From Candidatus Nomurabacteria bacterium (lineage in GTDB: Bacteria > Patescibacteriota > Minisyncoccia > Phycocordibacterales > UBA9973), in assembly GCA_052035195.1 (NCBI GenBank), contig JBPOHU010000003.1:17453-81452 (forward strand): DNA of 64,000 bases. Reading direction: 5' to 3'. Position numbers and translations under genes: made by a program. The first letter of the stretch is position 1, and each line of letters opens with the position of its first letter. Below the pieces are notes generated by a model that did no database searches, was not told the origin of the DNA, and worked only from the letters and a program-made list of their open reading frames with translations. Shown here piece after piece: positions 59,774 through 64,000 of this stretch.

Positions 59774-60436
59774 ATGAACTCATTAGAACTAAATAATATA
59801 AAGATAAATCAAAAAGACATAGAAAAAGGACAAAAAATCCTTGCAGCTGTCTATTTGGTCACGGACCATCTTTCAGAAACAGAGTCTATAAGACAAGCTC
59901 TCAGAACTAAAGTTATAGAGTTTCTGTCTAATGAAAATGTTTCTCCAGAAAAGACTCTTGGTCAAATAGAGATCCTATTAGGAGGAGCTGTTTTTGCTGG
60001 TCTAATAAGTGAAAAAAATAGTTCTATAATTTTGTACGAGATAAATCACTTTTATCGTAACTCTCTAAGCGGTAGTATGACTGTACAACTACAGACTCTT
60101 TTTAATACGACAAATGCTCCTCAAAGCAGGGCGGAAATTAGTGTAAAAGACAGTAAAAAGACTTTTATTGGACACACTATCAGTCATCCTAATAAGACAG
60201 AGTTTATTAATACTGGTTCGAAAAACCTTTTAAATAAAAGTGCTCGCCAAGACACTATTTTGTCTTTTATAAATGAAAGAAAAAGTGCGGTCATAAAAGA
60301 CATTATTTCTCTCTTCCCAGAGGTTAGCGAAAAGACAATTCAAAGAGAACTAAATGCACTCATTGATAGTGGTCGCATCACCAAGCGGGGAACAAAGCGC
60401 TGGAGTATCTACATGGCGGTTAACTCTCTCTTATAA
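59774..60436 (+). CDS. Protein with a C-terminal DeoR-type winged HTH
   Basis: IKDIISLFPEVSEKTIQRELNAL...G..RWS.Y. Confidence 0.85.
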   Translation: MNSLELNNIKINQKDIEKGQKILAAVYLVTDHLSETESIRQALRTKVIEFLSNENVSPEKTLGQIEILLGGAVFAGLISEKNSSIILYEINHFYRNSLSGSMTVQLQTLFNTTNAPQSRAEISVKDSKKTFIGHTISHPNKTEFINTGSKNLLNKSARQDTILSFINERKSAVIKDIISLFPEVSEKTIQRELNALIDSGRITKRGTKRWSIYMAVNSLL

Positions 60437-60589
60437 CCTTGTGGTGTAATGCTTTAATACTTGTTTCGTCACAAGAGATAAGTGGCTCTTCGCGCCTATA
60501 ATTGTTTTGTAGTTAGTCCTATATCGGATATACTATTGATATCGTATTGCCCTGGTCCGTTCTACGGATTTGTGGTAGTATGATAGCTG

Positions 60590-60974
60590 TCTTTTGCGTT
60601 GTTTAAAACTCGTTTTATTACATCGCAGAGGACAAAATAAATAGGTGGGAAACCACTGAAAAAGGAATGATCATTGAAAACTTAATAACACTATTTGCGA
60701 AAGCAAATATTATTACGAATGTTTTCGTCGACATTCCTTGTTTTGTTTTCTGAGATGTACACCCAATTATAAAGGGTGAACAAAACGGAAGACACAATCG
60801 GCCCTGTCGACATGGCAGATGCATACAATCTATATGTGCATTTGCAATAGATAAACTCGTCATCTCTATAAGTGTGATAAAGACTCTTATATAGAAGACA
60901 AAGGTATATAAAAATCGTAGCGTTCGTCGATGCTACACAAAATAAAAAATATACCCATTATAAAACGATAAAAT
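60590..60974 (+). promoter_or_regulatory. Long structured 5' leader
   Basis: GAAA-tetraloop hairpins at 60644-60657 and 60662-60739, plus further stems. Confidence 0.55.
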
Positions 60975-63900
60975 ATGAAAAATTTTACAAAGGTAATTCT
61001 TGGAACTTTCCTTGGATTAGCTCTTACAGTAGGTTCTACTGATGCAGCTATGACATGGTCACGTTCTCTTAAACTCGGTTCTCGAGGTGCAGATGTTAAG
61101 GATCTTCAAGTGTTCCTAAACATGTGTGCTGACACAAAGGTTTCTAACTCAGGAGCTGGTTCTCCTGGTATGGAAACAACTTACTTCGGTCCAGCAACAA
61201 AGTCTGCTGTATCAAAGTGGCAACAAGCTCGTGGAGTTTCTCCAGCTAGTGGTCTTTTCGGACCTCTATCAAGAGCTAAGGCTGCTGAACTACAATCGTC
61301 TTCAAACGTTTGTGGTGGTGGTGTAGTAGTTAATCCTCCAGTAAACCAAACAGGTCCTGTGATGGCTTCTCTATCTGCAACAACTCCAGCTGCTGGATAC
61401 ATCGTGAACAACCAAGCTTCAGCTGGGCTTCTTGATGTAACTTTCACTGGTTCAGGTATTGTTAACTCAGTTACTCTTAAGCGTTCTGGTATCTCTGATC
61501 AAAACACTCTTACAAATGTTTACCTATACGACGGAAATTCTCGTCTTACAGATGGGGACTCATTCAACAGTACTGGTGAGATCATGATGAACAACCTTAA
61601 CCTTATGGTTTCTGGTTCAAAGACTATTTCTGTAAAAGCTGATGCTTCAGCAACTGCAAACAACAGTTCTACTATCGCAGTAGCACTTACAAGTTTCTCA
61701 GCAGGAGCAACAGTTAACACAGTAAATATTCAAGGTAACACTATGAATCTTGCTGCTGGCGGATCTCTTGCTACAGTTTCACTTACATCTACTAACACAG
61801 TTGCAAGTGCTACAGTAAATGCAGGAACATCAGCGTACACATTCTGGTCAGCTCCTCTTCAAGTGAATACTCGAACTCTTTACCTTAAGAGTGCAGCATT
61901 CCGCATGATTGGTTCTGCTCCATCTGATGCACTTTCAAACATCAAACTTTTTGTTGATGGTGTTGATACAGGTAAGCTTGCTATGGTTTCTTCTATTCAA
62001 GGAACAAACTACGCAATCTTTGACTTCGGTTCTTCTCCGATGGCTCTTACAACAGGTGGACACACTGTTGCTGTTCGAGCAGATATCGTTAAGGGGTCAA
62101 GTCGAACAGTTTCATTCTCACTTCAACAAGCGGCTGATCTTATGATCATGGATCCACAGGTTGGTGTTAATGTTTCTGTTGGAACAACAAACATGCCTAG
62201 TACAGCAGGAACTATTACTATCGGTAGTGGTTCTATGACAGCTAGTGTAGACCCTTCTTTCCAATCAATGATCAATGTTACTGGTGGTGCATCTAATGTT
62301 GCTATCGCTAAGTACAAGGTTCGTGCATATGGTGAAGATGTTAAGGTTAACTCACTCCAAGTTCTTCCAGTTCTTGGAACAATGACTCCTGCTGCTGCTG
62401 GTCTTCAAAATGTAACTGTTTATTTTAACGGTTCACAAGTTGGAACACAGACAGCTTCATGGACATCAGGAAATATCACTTTGAACCTAGGTTCACAAAT
62501 GATTATCCCTGCTGGTGTTGAAAGCTTCATTGAAGTTCGTGCAGACATCCGAACATCAGGTGGTACAAACTACACTGCTGGTACAGTATCTGCTAACCTT
62601 GTTGTTGGTTCATCTAACGCACAAGGACAAAGTTCATACACAACAGTTAGTACACCAGCTGTAACAGGTAATACTCTTACAGTTCAAACTGGTCTTCTAG
62701 GTCTTGCTGCTAACTCAGGTTACGCAAGTCAGAATGCAAATCCAAATACAGCTAATGTTAAAGTTGGATCATTCGTTCTTCAAAACCAAAGTTCTTCTGA
62801 ATCAGTAAGAATTACAAATCTTGCAGTTGGATTAACTTTTGGTGCTGGAACTTCAGCAACAAACTTTGGTGCTCTTAAGACTTCAGAGAATGCATCACCT
62901 GTACAACCACAGGCTACAAATAACTTCTCTGTAGACTTTACAATTGCTCCAAACGCAACAAAGACAGTTGATATATTTGCTGATTCAGGTGCTGATTCAG
63001 GTGCTACAGCAACTCTTCAAACAACTGTTACTGTTTCATCAATTGGTGTTTCAAGTAATGTTTCTGCAACAAGTGCAGCAACAGCTGGTCAAACAATTAC
63101 ATTCCGAACAGGAACAATTGCTACACCTACACTTACAACATCTTCATCAACAACAGCACAATTCGTTGCTGCTGCTAATGGTGGATCTTCAGATGGATCA
63201 AAAGCTGTTTACAACTTTAGTTCATCAAATGCGTCTTCTGTAATTACAAAGCTTACATTTACAGCAACTTCAGGAACAGCAACAGCTGTTAAGATTAACG
63301 GGGTTTCATATCCTGTAGTCGGAACAACAGCTATTGCTTCTGGTCTTAACCTCGTGGTTCCACTAGGAGGATCAGGTCTTAATGTTGAAATATATGTATC
63401 ATATCCAGAAGTTGGTTCATCAGGTGCTGCTTCAAACACATCATCTACTCTAACTCTTACTGGTGTTGAATACTCAAGTGGTGGAGTTGCACAAACAGCT
63501 CTTGCTCCTTCAGTAGCAGCTCCTACAATGGTTCTAGTTGGTTCAGTACCTGCTCTTGCAATTGCTGACTCAACAGATACATTGTTAAACGGTTCTGTAA
63601 AGATCGCAGAAGTTACAGTTTCAGCTAACTCAAAGGGTGACATCAAGCTTGGAAAACTTCCAGTATTGGTTAACTCAACAGGTGTTGCAACTATCGCTTC
63701 AGCTGCTGACAACATTGTTGTTAAAGATACATCAGGTAATACTATTGCTACAACAAATGCTACATTCGCTGTTTCAGCAGGTGGCTCAGCAACAGGTGTT
63801 ATTTGTTTCGATACAGCAACTGCTGCATGTGCTTCAGGTTCAAGTTCAGCTACTGCTTACTTGATTCCTGCTGGAACATCTAAGACATTCCGTATCTACG

Positions 63901-64000
63901 CTACAGCCGCTACAGTTTCAGGTGCTGTTAATACAACATCACTCTCAACTAGACTCGGTGCAGCCGCTAGCTTCTCTTGGTACGACGCTGCAGGTGCAAA
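60975..64000 (+). CDS. Large secreted S-layer-like surface protein with N-terminal PG-binding domain (runs off the window)
   Basis: Not in the ORF track. MKNFTKVILG... signal peptide, SLKLGSRGADVKDLQVFLN, YFGPATKSAV; Thr/Ser/Ala/Val-rich with strong codon bias. Confidence 0.9.
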   Translation, partial: MKNFTKVILGTFLGLALTVGSTDAAMTWSRSLKLGSRGADVKDLQVFLNMCADTKVSNSGAGSPGMETTYFGPATKSAVSKWQQARGVSPASGLFGPLSRAKAAELQSSSNVCGGGVVVNPPVNQTGPVMASLSATTPAAGYIVNNQASAGLLDVTFTGSGIVNSVTLKRSGISDQNTLTNVYLYDGNSRLTDGDSFNSTGEIMMNNLNLMVSGSKTISVKADASATANNSSTIAVALTSFSAGATVNTVNIQGNTMNLAAGGSLATVSLTSTNTVASATVNAGTSAYTFWSAPLQVNTRTLYLKSAAFRMIGSAPSDALSNIKLFVDGVDTGKLAMVSSIQGTNYAIFDFGSSPMALTTGGHTVAVRADIVKGSSRTVSFSLQQAADLMIMDPQVGVNVSVGTTNMPSTAGTITIGSGSMTASVDPSFQSMINVTGGASNVAIAKYKVRAYGEDVKVNSLQVLPVLGTMTPAAAGLQNVTVYFNGSQVGTQTASWTSGNITLNLGSQMIIPAGVESFIEVRADIRTSGGTNYTAGTVSANLVVGSSNAQGQSSYTTVSTPAVTGNTLTVQTGLLGLAANSGYASQNANPNTANVKVGSFVLQNQSSSESVRITNLAVGLTFGAGTSATNFGALKTSENASPVQPQATNNFSVDFTIAPNATKTVDIFADSGADSGATATLQTTVTVSSIGVSSNVSATSAATAGQTITFRTGTIATPTLTTSSSTTAQFVAAANGGSSDGSKAVYNFSSSNASSVITKLTFTATSGTATAVKINGVSYPVVGTTAIASGLNLVVPLGGSGLNVEIYVSYPEVGSSGAASNTSSTLTLTGVEYSSGGVAQTALAPSVAAPTMVLVGSVPALAIADSTDTLLNGSVKIAEVTVSANSKGDIKLGKLPVLVNSTGVATIASAADNIVVKDTSGNTIATTNATFAVSAGGSATGVICFDTATAACASGSSSATAYLIPAGTSKTFRIYATAATVSGAVNTTSLSTRLGAAASFSWYDAAGA

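Noticed and set aside
61126-63864. Short Gln/Leu-rich and antisense ORFs
   Set aside because: Alternative frames of the large surface-protein gene.
1-64000. Genetic code 25, prophage or transposase
   Set aside because: TGA ends genes such as recO, ORFs are intact under code 11, and no phage or transposase proteins were recognised.

Overview
This is 64 kb of an AT-rich, streamlined bacterial chromosome, most likely Patescibacteria/CPR (Parcubacteria-like). Supporting signs are the pilB/pilMNO genes, short PheRS and MetRS, an alpha2-type GlyRS, rplK without rplA, and a giant PG-binding surface protein. TGA is used as a stop, so the code is 11. Most of the window is housekeeping: polA, mutM, ruvA, recA, recO, ftsK, aminoacyl-tRNA synthetases, ribosomal proteins and 7 tRNAs. 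The main discovery candidate is a family of ~180-280 nt structured non-coding elements attached to tRNA 3' ends. Full copies follow Arg-GCG, Ser-TGA, Leu-GAG and His-GTG; remnants follow Arg-TCT, Val and Lys. Each full copy has segments antisense to its own host tRNA's T-arm/acceptor strand, a shared core with compensatory base changes, and a terminal direct copy of the host tRNA 3' end. Other notable items: an array of four ORFan genes separated by repeated terminator-promoter units; short REP-like palindromes inserted in frame in recA and argS; an ileS T-box upstream of an IleRS2 with an ALHH motif and a histidine-phosphatase insert; a 6S-like RNA; a dense RRGACA motif cluster at a DeoR-HTH gene beside ftsK; a long structured 5' UTR; and pervasive leaderless promoter architecture. 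All calls were made by eye; no searches were run.
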